Source of the DNA: a virus
Taxonomy: Duplodnaviria; Caudoviricetes
IMG/VR virus record: IMGVR_UViG_3300028833_000073
Location: 94,306-158,305 of that record
Length of the DNA stretch: 64,000 bases
Reading direction: 5' to 3' (one strand)
Shown: positions 28,089 to 38,576 of the stretch, one piece after another
How positions within the stretch are numbered: position 1 is the stretch's first letter
How the letters are laid out: every line of letters starts with the position of its first letter
Notes under the pieces: model-generated
Told to the model about the DNA's origin: nothing
Database searches by the model: none
Seen by the model: only the letters and a program-made list of their open reading frames with translations
Program-made: the position numbers and the translations under genes

Positions 28089-28167
28089 TATTAATTTCCT
28101 CCTTTTAAACACATCATATTCATTTCGGCACATCTATAATATATGCCTATTTTTGAATTTGGTTAGG

Positions 28168-28214
28168 AAAAAATAAAAGATTTGACAAAACAGAAAAGCC
28201 CTCCGAAGAGGGCC
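28168..28214. repeat. 47-bp exact direct repeat / terminator (copy 2)
   Basis: Identical to 27583-27629. Confidence 0.9.
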
Positions 28215-28230
28215 CTGTTTTGTCTGTCAA

Positions 28231-28620
28231 CTACTTTGCTACATGAGAAGCATAGTAGTTAACGTAAGCCTTCGAGAAAATGGCGATTTCATCCGCCATA
28301 AACTCAAAGTCCTTAAATTTTTTCGGGAGAATACCGCATGCCGCAAGTGCCCATCCTTGTACATTTCCATCGAACTTAGCATTGAATGCTAAGTCCCATG
28401 CGAGGAAGGACATACATGCTCTTGCATACTTCGCTTTAAACTCTTGCGTAGGCGAAGTATACTCTACCATTCTAGCCTGCATTTCCATGAATTCCTTTAA
28501 CGTGCTGAGGTTTTGGCTTTGAGCCATTTCCTCAATACGATTGGTATCTGCCTTCCCCTCGATCACGATACCAGAAGCAATGAACTCACGGTTGTTGATA
28601 GCGTTTAACATGGTACTCAC
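28231..28620 (-). CDS. Hypothetical early protein
   Basis: GAAAGGG RBS, TATATTAT promoter near 28713; higher GC than neighbours. Confidence 0.7.
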   Translation of the reverse strand: MSTMLNAINNREFIASGIVIEGKADTNRIEEMAQSQNLSTLKEFMEMQARMVEYTSPTQEFKAKYARACMSFLAWDLAFNAKFDGNVQGWALAACGILPKKFKDFEFMADEIAIFSKAYVNYYASHVAK

Positions 28621-28742
28621 CTGTACCCTTTCTGCTGTAGTATCATAGTTATCTACAGCTAGATATTATCACTCGTACTAAACATTTCTATCTAGTACTC
28701 GCAATAATAATATATCTTTGAAATTTGAACAATTCACACTTT

Positions 28743-29207
28743 TCACTTTTTGGGTCTATTTGTTTTTTCAAGAATAACCAATACCTTTTCAAGAAGATCG
28801 CAAATGTCACTCATTTTTTTCTTTTCACGAGCTCCTCTTACCTGTTGCCAGTTAAAACTATAGCTTCCATCATCAAGCTCTCCAGAAAGAATACCATTAC
28901 ATATTACTTCAACAGGATTATCGGAGTCTTTCTTCAAAGCATTGGTGATATTATAGAAATCCTTAAGCATATCGCCTTTATCATAATAGGTCAAGGTATG
29001 ACATATTCCAGAAGAGTGATATACTTTGAGATTACGTCTGAGGTTATAATCTTCAAAATCACACTCTTCAATATCAATATAGGGAACCTCAACTACTCCT
29101 ACAATATCAGTGAAGAGGAACATGTTATCACATAATTCCCTTCTATAGGTTATCTCATCATTGGTAACACATACATTATTGAGACTTCCATGATAAATAG
29201 TAATCAT
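28743..29207 (-). CDS. Hypothetical protein
   Basis: GGAGG RBS before ATG 29207. Confidence 0.7.
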   Translation of the reverse strand: MITIYHGSLNNVCVTNDEITYRRELCDNMFLFTDIVGVVEVPYIDIEECDFEDYNLRRNLKVYHSSGICHTLTYYDKGDMLKDFYNITNALKKDSDNPVEVICNGILSGELDDGSYSFNWQQVRGAREKKKMSDICDLLEKVLVILEKTNRPKK

Positions 29208-29227
29208 TGTTATTTCCTCCATTATAA

Positions 29228-29518
29228 TTAATCAATCCTTTTTGCTACAAAGATATCCGGAAGCAATTCAACATCATTTTCCTTTTTATTCGCTATGCAA
29301 TTAATCATTGCATCATAATCATTAATACATCTTTTCTTACCATTAGTCTCATTAACATTCACTGATACTATATAGCCAAACGAAAACCACTCCTTTGTTC
29401 CTGTTTGTACTACAATCCAACAAATATCCTTTTTATCAAGAATATAGAAGTTTTGTATATTTGTGAGATAACAGTATATAAGATTATCTTCTTTACCGTT
29501 ATATACCCATGCATCCAT
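29228..29518 (-). CDS. Hypothetical protein
   Basis: AAGGAGG RBS. Confidence 0.7.
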   Translation of the reverse strand: MDAWVYNGKEDNLIYCYLTNIQNFYILDKKDICWIVVQTGTKEWFSFGYIVSVNVNETNGKKRCINDYDAMINCIANKKENDVELLPDIFVAKRID

Positions 29519-29573
29519 AATATTCCTCCTTAAGAATAAAAACTAACCCTACCCATATAGGGTAGGGTTCTTA

Positions 29574-29756
29574 TTATGCATACCACATAGAAACACTCTC
29601 ATAGATGTCGCATCCCTTGTCATAGCCAAGAGATCTCAAAGTTTCTACCAAAATGGCATCCATATCCATATGTCCTTCCTCACCTGCATTACCATCTTCC
29701 ATATGATATTTATCATATACTTCTTTCATCTTCTTTTCAAACTCTTCAGGTGTCAT
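29574..29756 (-). CDS. Small phage hypothetical protein
   Basis: AAGGAGG RBS; coupled to upstream gene; terminator at 29545-29569. Confidence 0.75.
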   Translation of the reverse strand: MTPEEFEKKMKEVYDKYHMEDGNAGEEGHMDMDAILVETLRSLGYDKGCDIYESVSMWYA

Positions 29757-30064
29757 TATTCTTCCTCCTTTCTAACCCATGCTATACCATCATTATCTAT
29801 AGTAATATCTTGAGTAGAGTTATCATACTCAATCCAATCACTACCGAATTCTCTTAGAATATCCATATACATCTCATTCAGCTCTTTATTACCTTTACCA
29901 TTGAATATTTTCATATTGACTCTAACGCGATTAAGATAATCTTTAGACTCGAATAGATATCCTCGTCCTATTAACTTATCTTGTTGCTTTTTAGTAGTCT
30001 TATATTCAAGAATAAAAATAATATTCGCTATCATCTTCTCTTTATTACTTAGCTTAGTAACCAT
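29756..30064 (-). CDS. Hypothetical protein
   Basis: GAGGTG RBS. Confidence 0.7.
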   Translation of the reverse strand: MVTKLSNKEKMIANIIFILEYKTTKKQQDKLIGRGYLFESKDYLNRVRVNMKIFNGKGNKELNEMYMDILREFGSDWIEYDNSTQDITIDNDGIAWVRKEEE

Positions 30065-30148
30065 TTATCAACACCTCACCGCATCAGTATACTAATCATT
30101 ACTAATATATTGATGCGGCAAGATATTGAATCAATAGTTACTTGTTAT

Positions 30149-30496
30149 TTACTGAGCAATATGTTTGAGATAGCGAAGAGCTTTTGTATAAAATGCCCAA
30201 TGAAGAGGTTGGCCTTCAGGAGTAACAATCACATTTGCTTCTCCTTGATGTTTGCCCATAATAATCCCGTTCATTGTTACATATCCAACAGTGCTTCTTG
30301 TAACTGTTCCTTCAGTATTGTTCCTACAAGCAACAGTACATGTAAACTCTTCAGGCCACCCTCGTACACTATCTGTATCAAGGTACCAATCACAGTCACC
30401 CTTGGTACTAACATATACATCTTCAGCAGATGCAAAGTTGTTACCTCCAACAAGAATCATCAAACCCAGTACCATAGAAACAAACAGCTTTTTCAT
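30149..30496 (-). CDS. Secreted small protein with Sec signal peptide
   Basis: MKK-hydrophobic-ASA|EDVYV signal peptide; GAAAGGG RBS. Confidence 0.75.
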   Translation of the reverse strand: MKKLFVSMVLGLMILVGGNNFASAEDVYVSTKGDCDWYLDTDSVRGWPEEFTCTVACRNNTEGTVTRSTVGYVTMNGIIMGKHQGEANVIVTPEGQPLHWAFYTKALRYLKHIAQ

Positions 30497-30634
30497 TTTA
30501 CTTACCCCTTTCTAAATACCAATACAATTCTATTCTTACATACTATCCTCCTTTATATTAGATTCAGATAAAGAGTATAAGAGTACCAAAAACGGTACTC
30601 TTATATCCTTAATTATCTCATCTATAATATATCT

Positions 30635-30886
30635 CTATTTTTTGATTTGGTCTTTCCAATTACGACACATATCAAACAAATCATATTCTTCTTTAGTATA
30701 CCCTTTTGTAGTATTTATTAATGCATTAGTAAGAATCATAGTATCTTTTTTGTGATTGAAGAAGGGCTCCATTAATCCATCATTCCTACTAATATGCATT
30801 GCATTTCTAGGATTGAAGACAGCGTTAGATGCTCTCTTTATTTCATTATTAATTAACAGCAGAATATTCAATGTATCACCATCAAA
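30635..30886 (-). CDS. RNAP beta' N-terminal subunit, exon 3 (starts FDGD)
   Basis: TTT GAT GGT GAT follows the terminal intron G at 30887 and completes NADFDGD. Confidence 0.92.
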   Translation of the reverse strand, partial: FDGDTLNILLLINNEIKRASNAVFNPRNAMHISRNDGLMEPFFNHKKDTMILTNALINTTKGYTKEEYDLFDMCRNWKDQIKK

Positions 30887-31862
30887 CGATTTCTTCACTC
30901 GCTTAGTTTATCACGAGCAGTTCTCTTATGAACTTCTCTAGGATTTCCCTAGAAGTCGAGACTATATCTTCACCATGAGAATTATATAATTCTTTTAGGT
31001 GCTCTGCATTTCGATTTAAGGGACTCTCACCCGCCTACTTAGGCCCTACTCCTGTTGCACTTGTTAAGGGTGCCAAAGGGATAGTCGTTGAATTTTCAGA
31101 ATTTATAGTCTTTTGATATACTGGTCCAGTTTCTCCTTTCTTTTATTTTAGCAAATTGATTTTTACTAACTTCAAATCCTACCACTTCACTTATATTACC
31201 TGAGGTAATACCAGGAACTGATTCAAGAGCTTCACATATTTTGTGAACTTGGTCATTAGATAATTTTGCTTGACTATTAAGTTCACCATTATGATCTCCT
31301 TTTCCTGCTAACCCAGTTTTAACTGAATGGATTATGTTATTCTGTCTAGTTACCCATTCAAGATTAATATCTCGATTATTACTTTTATTTCCATCAATAT
31401 GATTTATATCCATATTGATGTTTCTTGTTTCAGGAGAAAACTCCCATCCAACAAGACGATGTATTGCAAAGTGATGAGGATTATATTCAAAAGAATTATC
31501 ATCTAATCTTACATACCAATATCCATTACGGGATTGATATGATTGCATATATCTCTGTTTTACTGTATCATATACCAGACCATCATTACTTATTAAATAT
31601 TTTCCTGTTGTTACATTAGGAAAAGTACATACTCTGAATTCTCTAATGTAAAACGGTGGATTGATCATATAAATTCCTCCAATGCTGATCACCCATTTAT
31701 CGGCGATGAAAAACTTACTATTATTTTTCATCACATCTCAAAACTTATTTCTGCTTACGCTCCTATATAATTTTTATATAGGCATTTGAGCTTTAGGGCT
31801 TTCCAGCTTTTAACAGAGTGTTTTTGCGCTAACTTTTTCAAGCTAGGTGGACGTTGATGTTC
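30887..31862 (-). mobile_element. Group I intron (976 nt) with HNH homing endonuclease, inserted in NAD|FDGD
   Basis: P1 GGAU/GUCC with U.G at the 5' splice site; P AAGCUGGAAA, Q GAUCAGCA, R UUCAACGACUA, S AAGAUAUAGUCU; terminal G. Confidence 0.92.
31096..31668 (-). CDS. Intron-encoded HNH homing endonuclease (NUMOD4/I-HmuI-like)
   Basis: YLISNDG, IHRLV, INHIDGNKSNN...NLEWVT...N; GGAGG RBS before ATG 31668; lies between intron Q and R. Confidence 0.92.
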   Translation of the reverse strand: MINPPFYIREFRVCTFPNVTTGKYLISNDGLVYDTVKQRYMQSYQSRNGYWYVRLDDNSFEYNPHHFAIHRLVGWEFSPETRNINMDINHIDGNKSNNRDINLEWVTRQNNIIHSVKTGLAGKGDHNGELNSQAKLSNDQVHKICEALESVPGITSGNISEVVGFEVSKNQFAKIKERRNWTSISKDYKF

Positions 31863-31976
31863 ATCCGCATTTAATCCAGGCAAGATGAGCAAAGGAATTT
31901 CCATAGTGTAATTATTGGGCTCATCTCCACTTATTCCAACACAAAACATCTGTAAAATGGATCCATAATTAAGCGT
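31863..31976 (-). CDS. RNAP beta' N-terminal subunit, exon 2 (TLNYGSI...GLNAD, 38 codons)
   Basis: Continues NRNP|TL and ends at NAD. Confidence 0.92.
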
Positions 31977-32248
31977 CATGTTTGTTCACGTAAGATGGTT
32001 AAACTTACGCCGTCTTAATGTAAAGACTGCTATATGTCACCATATAGATCAGACTATATCACATACTCATATGAGTATCTTAGTATTTCGAGTCACCAAT
32101 TGACCCTACGTCTTTCGACTAGTCGTTGAACCTTCACATCCTTTCTAGGATTAGCTCGGCTGCTGATTGTCTTATCATATGATAAGAGTTTCCAGCAATT
32201 AACTAAGTTTTTCCATATAGAGTCACCTCTATAGGCCCCGCGCAGTTC
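31977..32248 (-). mobile_element. Group I intron (272 nt, ORF-less) inserted in NRNP|TL
   Basis: P1 CCCU/GGGG; P AAUUGCUGGAAA, Q AAUCAGCAG, R GUUCAACGACUA, S GAUAUAGUCU; terminal G at 31977. Confidence 0.92.
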
Positions 32249-33700
32249 AGGGTTACGATTAATTATGAATGGGATCCCGTTTTCGTTTGCTTTGATAATG
32301 TAGTTAACGATCTTCCATACACGATCATCATAATCCGTATAGGCTTTATCAAAGACTGCTTTAGCAGTATGCATAGCCATACCATAAGTATTATGGAGGA
32401 TATTGATAATCGCATGTTCAAGAAGCTTAACCAATGCCTTAAACGGCAACTTGATCTGATCAGTTCTAAGAGTCCAGTTAGGTACAATAACAGCTCTGCA
32501 ACTGAAATTATACCGGCCACCATACAGTGACCTAATAATACCTTTCTTAGAACTCATGATCTTGATTACTTCATCATAAATCTCCATGAGATTAAACTGA
32601 AGATCATAGAGTAATTGATTGCGGGTCTTCTTAGACCTGCGTCCTTTTATTGATTCTTTATGATTGATGATAGCTCCGAGCATAGCCATGATATTAAAGT
32701 ACTTATTCGTATCCTGGAATGCAAACTTATCACCATTAAGATGATATGGACGCAAGAGAGTAGTAAACACAGGAATACTATGAGTGAATACTTTTTCTCT
32801 ATCGTGCATGATATCATCATATACATCTTTCTTATTTGGATTCATCTTAAGATAATAGTCCATGATCTCATCGAAGTTCTCATAGAACCCCAACATTCCA
32901 TAATCATAGTACTTATCTAAATCTCCTCTTTCTACTTGGATAGAAAATCCATTCTCATCCTTTTCATCCTTTGGATCAAGAATACCTGTGAGTGCTGCCT
33001 TACCAATAAAGAACTCAATAGACTTATACAATCCTGGATGTATCACATAGTCATCATCCAGAATAATCCATCCAGTAATCTTGAAATCATCATTCTTCTT
33101 CACTACCTTCTTACCACAGATAGGACAGATAGTTCCTTCATTCTGTTGGTTCTTAGTAGCTCCACACGGACAAGTATATCTAGTTCCATAAGAACTAGCA
33201 TCATCAAATGTAGGACCAAACAAAGGAGAATAGATTGAGTTAGGTTCTTTGATATCCTTCTTAACTCCTTGAGGTTTCTCGATACGGATTCCTTTACCTT
33301 TACCAAAGTCTTCCATCCGTTCTTCATCAAGATTGATTCTTTCAATCCATGTTCTATATTCATATTTATTACTGTGAGGATACGATGAGTCTTTATCATC
33401 CACTGGAATGGGAGCTTTAGCTACTATTGCTTTTACTACTTCATATGGATTTGCAAGAGATTCTGCTAATCCAGTTCTAAGAAGATTATTAACTTCTTCT
33501 TTCCTTTTATTGAAGTTGCTTATTCCCCTCCATTTATCCTCAACTTTGAAATTCTTATAGTTGGATCCTTCAGTGGGAACAACCATAGAAAAGTGTCTTT
33601 CCTTTGGATAGTCCTTTAGCATTGATTCTCTTTGCTCTCCATGGAAATACTCTATTTTGCTTCCAACTGTAGGTACCACCTTAGAAAACTTCTTTTCCAT
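32249..33700 (-). CDS. RNAP beta' N-terminal subunit, exon 1 (spliced product 605 aa; probably non-virion RNAP)
   Basis: CPCG...CPICG zinc finger, KKGIIRSLYGGRYNFSCRAVIVP, INRNP; early promoter. Confidence 0.92.
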
Positions 33701-33769
33701 TTGTAGTCCTCCTTTTCAACATGTTACTTTAACATACCATAATAAATAGTTTGGTGTATATTAGAATAC

Positions 33770-33797
33770 TACCCAATACCACCACATATATAATATA
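33770..33797 (-). promoter_or_regulatory. Early promoter plus conserved leader (copy 2 of 5)
   Basis: Minus strand TATATTAT-atat-GTGGTGGTATTGGGTA. Confidence 0.8.
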
Positions 33798-33879
33798 TCG
33801 ACAAATAAGATTTTACTTAGAAAGAACGACATTTTGGTAAGAGGGTCATATTAATAAGATACAAAGAAAGGAGGCAAAG

Positions 33880-34974
33880 GTGATGCCTCTTAGTATAATT
33901 CAAAAATTAGAAGGATTACCTAAATTGTATTTGTGTAATCAGAAGACTTATAACAACTTAGAGTCTATTGATCCTAAGGGCATATACTATATATATGACA
34001 CTAGGTCTATTATGACTAAAGGATCTTGTTATAATAGAGCTGTAGTAATGTATGATAATGGAGCTAGACCCATAGTAGGATCTGTAGATAAGCTATATAT
34101 CAATTCAACTACACTAGAAGGATATGTGTTTAGTAAAGACACTTGGACTAAGGTGTTAGATGGACTTACCAATGCTGAGGTAGCTACCTATGATTCTTCT
34201 ATAGCGTCTAAGAAAGTAAATGGTATCGAAGCTAAGATAATCACTGAACAGCTATTATCAGAGATAAAAAGAAAGACCATTAGTACAATGACATTTGATA
34301 ATGAGACTAATAGGCTTATATATAGAGTAGGAACAGTAGGTCATTATGCTAAAATAGATGGATTTATTTCTAGCTTTACTTTTAATCCTAGTACTAGGAT
34401 TATATCTCTATATAATGATGAGGGAATTAAGCTAGGAGACACTAAGATTATGGATAACCATATCATTAGTGGATCTTATGATGATGAACGTAAAGCTATA
34501 ATCTTTCAGATGAGAGATGGAACTGAGTGTAGACTTAAAGCTCAATCTATACTTCAGATATATAAAGGACTAGAGACAGATAGTGCTAAGATAACTATAG
34601 AGAACTATATAGATGCTAAGAATGTAATCAGAGGAGCTATCAAAGTAAGTAGTGCTGAGCATAACCAGCTTACTATTAATGAAGACGGATTGTATTCACT
34701 TTCTCCTAAGACTACACAAGCTGATATGAATGAAGGAGACATGTATATAGTGAAGGGCGAGTATGTAGTTCCTTCTACTACTAATATATCTTCATTTGCT
34801 ACTGAAGCTTATGTAGCTCAGATGAAGCAGGATATACTAGACTATCTAGCTAGTTGTAGTACTACTCATCTTAAGAAAGTTAATGTTGTGAATGAAGTAT
34901 CAGAAACTCCTAGTGTTAACAAGGTACTATCAGCTAAAGGTGTTAATAATACCTTTGGTCTGAAGAGACTTTAA
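33880..34974 (+). CDS. Putative virion protein, paralog 1 of 3
   Basis: Late promoter GACA-ttttgg-TA; GIYYIYDT, LYINSTTLEGY, GSYD..RKAIIFQM shared with next two genes. Confidence 0.7.
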   Translation: MMPLSIIQKLEGLPKLYLCNQKTYNNLESIDPKGIYYIYDTRSIMTKGSCYNRAVVMYDNGARPIVGSVDKLYINSTTLEGYVFSKDTWTKVLDGLTNAEVATYDSSIASKKVNGIEAKIITEQLLSEIKRKTISTMTFDNETNRLIYRVGTVGHYAKIDGFISSFTFNPSTRIISLYNDEGIKLGDTKIMDNHIISGSYDDERKAIIFQMRDGTECRLKAQSILQIYKGLETDSAKITIENYIDAKNVIRGAIKVSSAEHNQLTINEDGLYSLSPKTTQADMNEGDMYIVKGEYVVPSTTNISSFATEAYVAQMKQDILDYLASCSTTHLKKVNVVNEVSETPSVNKVLSAKGVNNTFGLKRL

Positions 34975-34986
34975 GGAGGTAGCCAT

Positions 34987-36063
34987 ATGAAGTTATTCAA
35001 TGACGACCTCATGAGATGGTATGTATGTAAGAGTAGAGTATATCATAACCTTCCAGAAGAGAAGAGAGACAGCAACGGATGTTACTTCCTTCTAGATACT
35101 AGAGAAGTTATCCTAGAGGATACTAGCTACTCTGGTATTTTACTTAGTTATTCTGGATCGAAACCTACTCATCCATCGCAACGCAGGTTGTATCTAAATA
35201 TGGATGATTTATCTGTATCTATCTGGGATGGTACTAGATGGATACTTATATATTCAAATGCTAATGCTCAACTCATATCTGCTAATCCGGCAGAAGAAGA
35301 ATATGAGAGAGTAGTTAGTGGTAAGGTAGTAGTTGATTATGCTAAGAGAATGATTATAGATACTATAAAGGACTATGCTAAATTCTATAAATTAGCTTAT
35401 AATAAAGATACACATAAGATAGAATTCCATATAGGAGATATAGAAGGAGAAGAGACAGTAGTAGGAATCAGTAATAAACTGCTTCTTAACTCAGAGACTA
35501 ATAGAATGTATCTGTTAGACTCAGAGGCAAATGTATTATCATCCTTCGTACTATTCCCTAAGAATTTAGTAGCAGGTAGGGTGGATTATGAAACACTAGA
35601 GATTGTATTTGATATGAGTGATGGTAACCCTATAAGGATTCCATGTGCTCAAATGTTTAATCTACTTAAGACTGAAAGTACAGCTACTATGAATGTAAGT
35701 ACTCTTGATAAGAAGAGACTTACAATGGATGTCATTAGATCTCAGGAAGAAGACAATCAGCTAATTAAACTAGCTGATGGTGTATTCTATACTCTAGTTT
35801 CTAAGATAGATAAGATTCAACCAGGGTTTGAAGGAGCTGTCTTAGGAATAGATAACAGTGGTGGTCTAAAGATTCTAAAGAGAAGAATCATTACTTCTAG
35901 ATTAGAAGGGAGTAATGCTGATGCTGACTCTTTAGTTACAGAGGAGCTAGTATATAACACTTTATCTTCGGCTATGAATAGCTTTGCAAAATATACCGAT
36001 GTGTGGCATTCTAGCCATGCTAAGCTTGATATAGCCAAAGCTATGAAGGTTAGTCAGCTCTAA
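34987..36063 (+). CDS. Putative virion protein, paralog 2 of 3
   Basis: GCYFLLDT, LYLN, IVFDMSDG. Confidence 0.7.
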   Translation: MKLFNDDLMRWYVCKSRVYHNLPEEKRDSNGCYFLLDTREVILEDTSYSGILLSYSGSKPTHPSQRRLYLNMDDLSVSIWDGTRWILIYSNANAQLISANPAEEEYERVVSGKVVVDYAKRMIIDTIKDYAKFYKLAYNKDTHKIEFHIGDIEGEETVVGISNKLLLNSETNRMYLLDSEANVLSSFVLFPKNLVAGRVDYETLEIVFDMSDGNPIRIPCAQMFNLLKTESTATMNVSTLDKKRLTMDVIRSQEEDNQLIKLADGVFYTLVSKIDKIQPGFEGAVLGIDNSGGLKILKRRIITSRLEGSNADADSLVTEELVYNTLSSAMNSFAKYTDVWHSSHAKLDIAKAMKVSQL

Positions 36064-36121
36064 CAATTAAATAAATCAGATGATGATTAAACTACTCTAA
36101 AATAGAATGGAGGAAAAATAA

Positions 36122-37279
36122 ATGATTCAGAAGTTTTATTTCTCAACAAAGTCTGTATATACGAATGTAAGGAAGGCTGGCAACCTCTATGAGGAAGGCA
36201 TTTATTTCATCACTGATACTGCTGAAGTGTATTATCATGACCAGCAGTATATGGGATTTGTTTTGCCGTATACGGGTGATCTCCCTGCCACCGGCATGAC
36301 TACTGATCATCTGTACTTCAATACAACTACCCTTACTGGCTATCGTTATAATGGAACTGGTTGGGATGTTATTGTACAGCCTGCTGCTGTTGGTATCCTT
36401 GATCAGGATGATAATGGTGTTACTACTTGGGTATCTGGTCAGGCAGTAAAGGCTTACGTTGAGTCTGTCTTTGCTGGTACTTCTAGCCTTGGTAGCAACG
36501 TCATTAGCATTACTTGGGATCCTACGGTTGATGCTACTACTGGTAATGTAACTGGTACTAAGATCAACTTCAAGAGGTTCTCTGATCCTACTTCTAATGT
36601 TCCTCCTGGGCTTACAGTGAATCAGTTTGCTACTCAGATTGTTCGTGATACTACCAATGGTGACATCAAGATCCTTGCATCTGATGGTACTACGGTTCTA
36701 TCTACTATCAATATTCCTCTTGATAACTATGTTACTGATGGTACTTATGACAATACACAGAAGGCCATCGTTCTTACCATGTCCAATGGTAATAATGTTC
36801 TCATCTATGCTCGTGACATTGTGAACCTTTACAATCAGCTTGATACTAATAGTATTGATATTAACTTCAGTACTGTTGATGGTATCAACTTCATCAGCAT
36901 GGACGTTAAGCTTTCTGCTGTTGCTGGCAATGAGCTTGAGATTATCACTCCTGGACAGGAAGACGATCCGACAGTAGCTGGTCTCTATATCAATCGTAGT
37001 CATCTAATGGATAAGGTTACTGCGGCTGATGTAGGTAAGGTCATTGCCCTTGATGCTGAAGGTAACTCTGTAGCTCTCAATAAGACGATTGGTGCTGCTG
37101 CTATTCCTGCTGCTGCTACTAATCATGCTACTACGATTGTTACTGAGCAGGCTCTTGATTCCAAGAAGACTGACATTGAGAATGGTCTTGCTGCTACTTA
37201 TACAACCAAGACCTCAATGGCAAACCAGTATAGTACTTTTGCTGCTGCTATGAAGACGACCGTTGTTTCTAATAGCTAA
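36122..37279 (+). CDS. Putative abundant virion protein, paralog 3 of 3
   Basis: Own late promoter AACA-attaaa-TA at 36062; GIYFITDT, LYFNTTTLTGY, GTYD..QKAIVLTM; strong codon bias. Confidence 0.7.
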   Translation: MIQKFYFSTKSVYTNVRKAGNLYEEGIYFITDTAEVYYHDQQYMGFVLPYTGDLPATGMTTDHLYFNTTTLTGYRYNGTGWDVIVQPAAVGILDQDDNGVTTWVSGQAVKAYVESVFAGTSSLGSNVISITWDPTVDATTGNVTGTKINFKRFSDPTSNVPPGLTVNQFATQIVRDTTNGDIKILASDGTTVLSTINIPLDNYVTDGTYDNTQKAIVLTMSNGNNVLIYARDIVNLYNQLDTNSIDINFSTVDGINFISMDVKLSAVAGNELEIITPGQEDDPTVAGLYINRSHLMDKVTAADVGKVIALDAEGNSVALNKTIGAAAIPAAATNHATTIVTEQALDSKKTDIENGLAATYTTKTSMANQYSTFAAAMKTTVVSNS

Positions 37280-37370
37280 GTGAAAGATATATACTTGGTA
37301 TAACATATATAGTGGGTACTTCGGTACCCACTATTTAATTTCTAATCGCTCTAATACATCAGGTTAAGGG

Positions 37371-38576
37371 GTGATTAGCATGGAAATAATCCCAAGTAAG
37401 AATCAAGAAGAGATAGCACAAGAAGCTGTCAACTGGTATTTCAATAGTTCTGAAACTACTTTCCAGATATCTGGTAATCCAGGTACTGGTAAATCTTTTT
37501 TGCTCCATTATATTGTATCTAAGTTAGGCGTATCCAAGGTAGCTCCAATGGCATTTACTGGAGCCGCTGCAATTGTGATGAGAACTAAAGGATTCTATGA
37601 TGCAAAGACTATCCATTCTACTATATTAGAGCCAATAGAAGACTTTATGATGGATAAGAATGGAAATAAGATAATGAATGATTACTTTGGTATCCCAGAG
37701 TCTAAGATTAGATTCGTACCAAAGAGAATAACTCCATATGACATAGAGTTATTTGTAATAGATGAAGGAATGATGGTACCTAAACCATTAAGAGATATTA
37801 TAGAAGGTTATGGTATTAAGTGTCTTGTTGCTGGAGATGTAGACCAGCTACCACCAGTCAAATATGAACCAGGATACTTCACTACTGGTAAGATACACTA
37901 TCTTACAGAAATATTTAGACAAAAGAAGAATTCTGGGATTATATACCTTTCTCAAAGACTTAAGAGAGGTATGTCAATACATCAAGGATTTTATGGTGAC
38001 TGTACAGTAATATATGATGACGAGGTTACGACTCCTATGATGGTCAATGCAGATGTAGTTATATGTGCAAAGAATGATACTCGTCAGATGCTTACCAATA
38101 TGATGAGGCAAGATATCTTTGGTATTGATAGTATGCTACCACTACATGGAGAACGATTAGTATGTCGTAGTAATAACTGGCAATTAGAGATAGATGGTAT
38201 TAATCTTGCTAATGGATTAGTTGGGACAGTAGCTAACTACCCTGATGTAACTAAGCTACAGAAAAATAAATTCTTAGTTGATTTCAAACCATTACTACTT
38301 AATAATGCTTTCAAAGATGTAGAGGTTGACTATAACTACTTCAAAGCTCCATTCAAAGAGAAGCAAAAGTTGAAGTTTGATAAGTGGAATAAGGCAGAGA
38401 AGTTAGAGTATGGTTATGTACTAACAACACACATAGCACAGGGTTCTGAATATGGTAATGTAGTATATTTTCAAGAATACCTTAACCCTAATATAAACAA
38501 CCAATTATGGTATACCGGAATCACAAGAGCATCTAACCATTGCTATTTTGTAAAACATCGTAGGAGGTCTTATTAA
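37371..38576 (+). CDS. Dda/RecD-like SF1B DNA helicase
   Basis: GNPGTGKS, IDEGMM, GDVDQLPPV, LTEIFRQ, TTHIAQGSEY, YTGITRA. Confidence 0.92.
   Translation: MISMEIIPSKNQEEIAQEAVNWYFNSSETTFQISGNPGTGKSFLLHYIVSKLGVSKVAPMAFTGAAAIVMRTKGFYDAKTIHSTILEPIEDFMMDKNGNKIMNDYFGIPESKIRFVPKRITPYDIELFVIDEGMMVPKPLRDIIEGYGIKCLVAGDVDQLPPVKYEPGYFTTGKIHYLTEIFRQKKNSGIIYLSQRLKRGMSIHQGFYGDCTVIYDDEVTTPMMVNADVVICAKNDTRQMLTNMMRQDIFGIDSMLPLHGERLVCRSNNWQLEIDGINLANGLVGTVANYPDVTKLQKNKFLVDFKPLLLNNAFKDVEVDYNYFKAPFKEKQKLKFDKWNKAEKLEYGYVLTTHIAQGSEYGNVVYFQEYLNPNINNQLWYTGITRASNHCYFVKHRRRSY

Noticed and set aside
32093-32248. C-terminal 51 aa of the 535-aa ORF (ELRGAY...VNW)
   Set aside because: Read-through into intron 1; likewise 31755..31862 and the MKKS start of 30635..30898 are intron sequence.
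30887-32248. Frameshifted RNAP pseudogene, intein or group II intron
   Set aside because: Group I P/Q/R/S elements and in-frame exon joins explain the interruptions; no intein or RT motifs.
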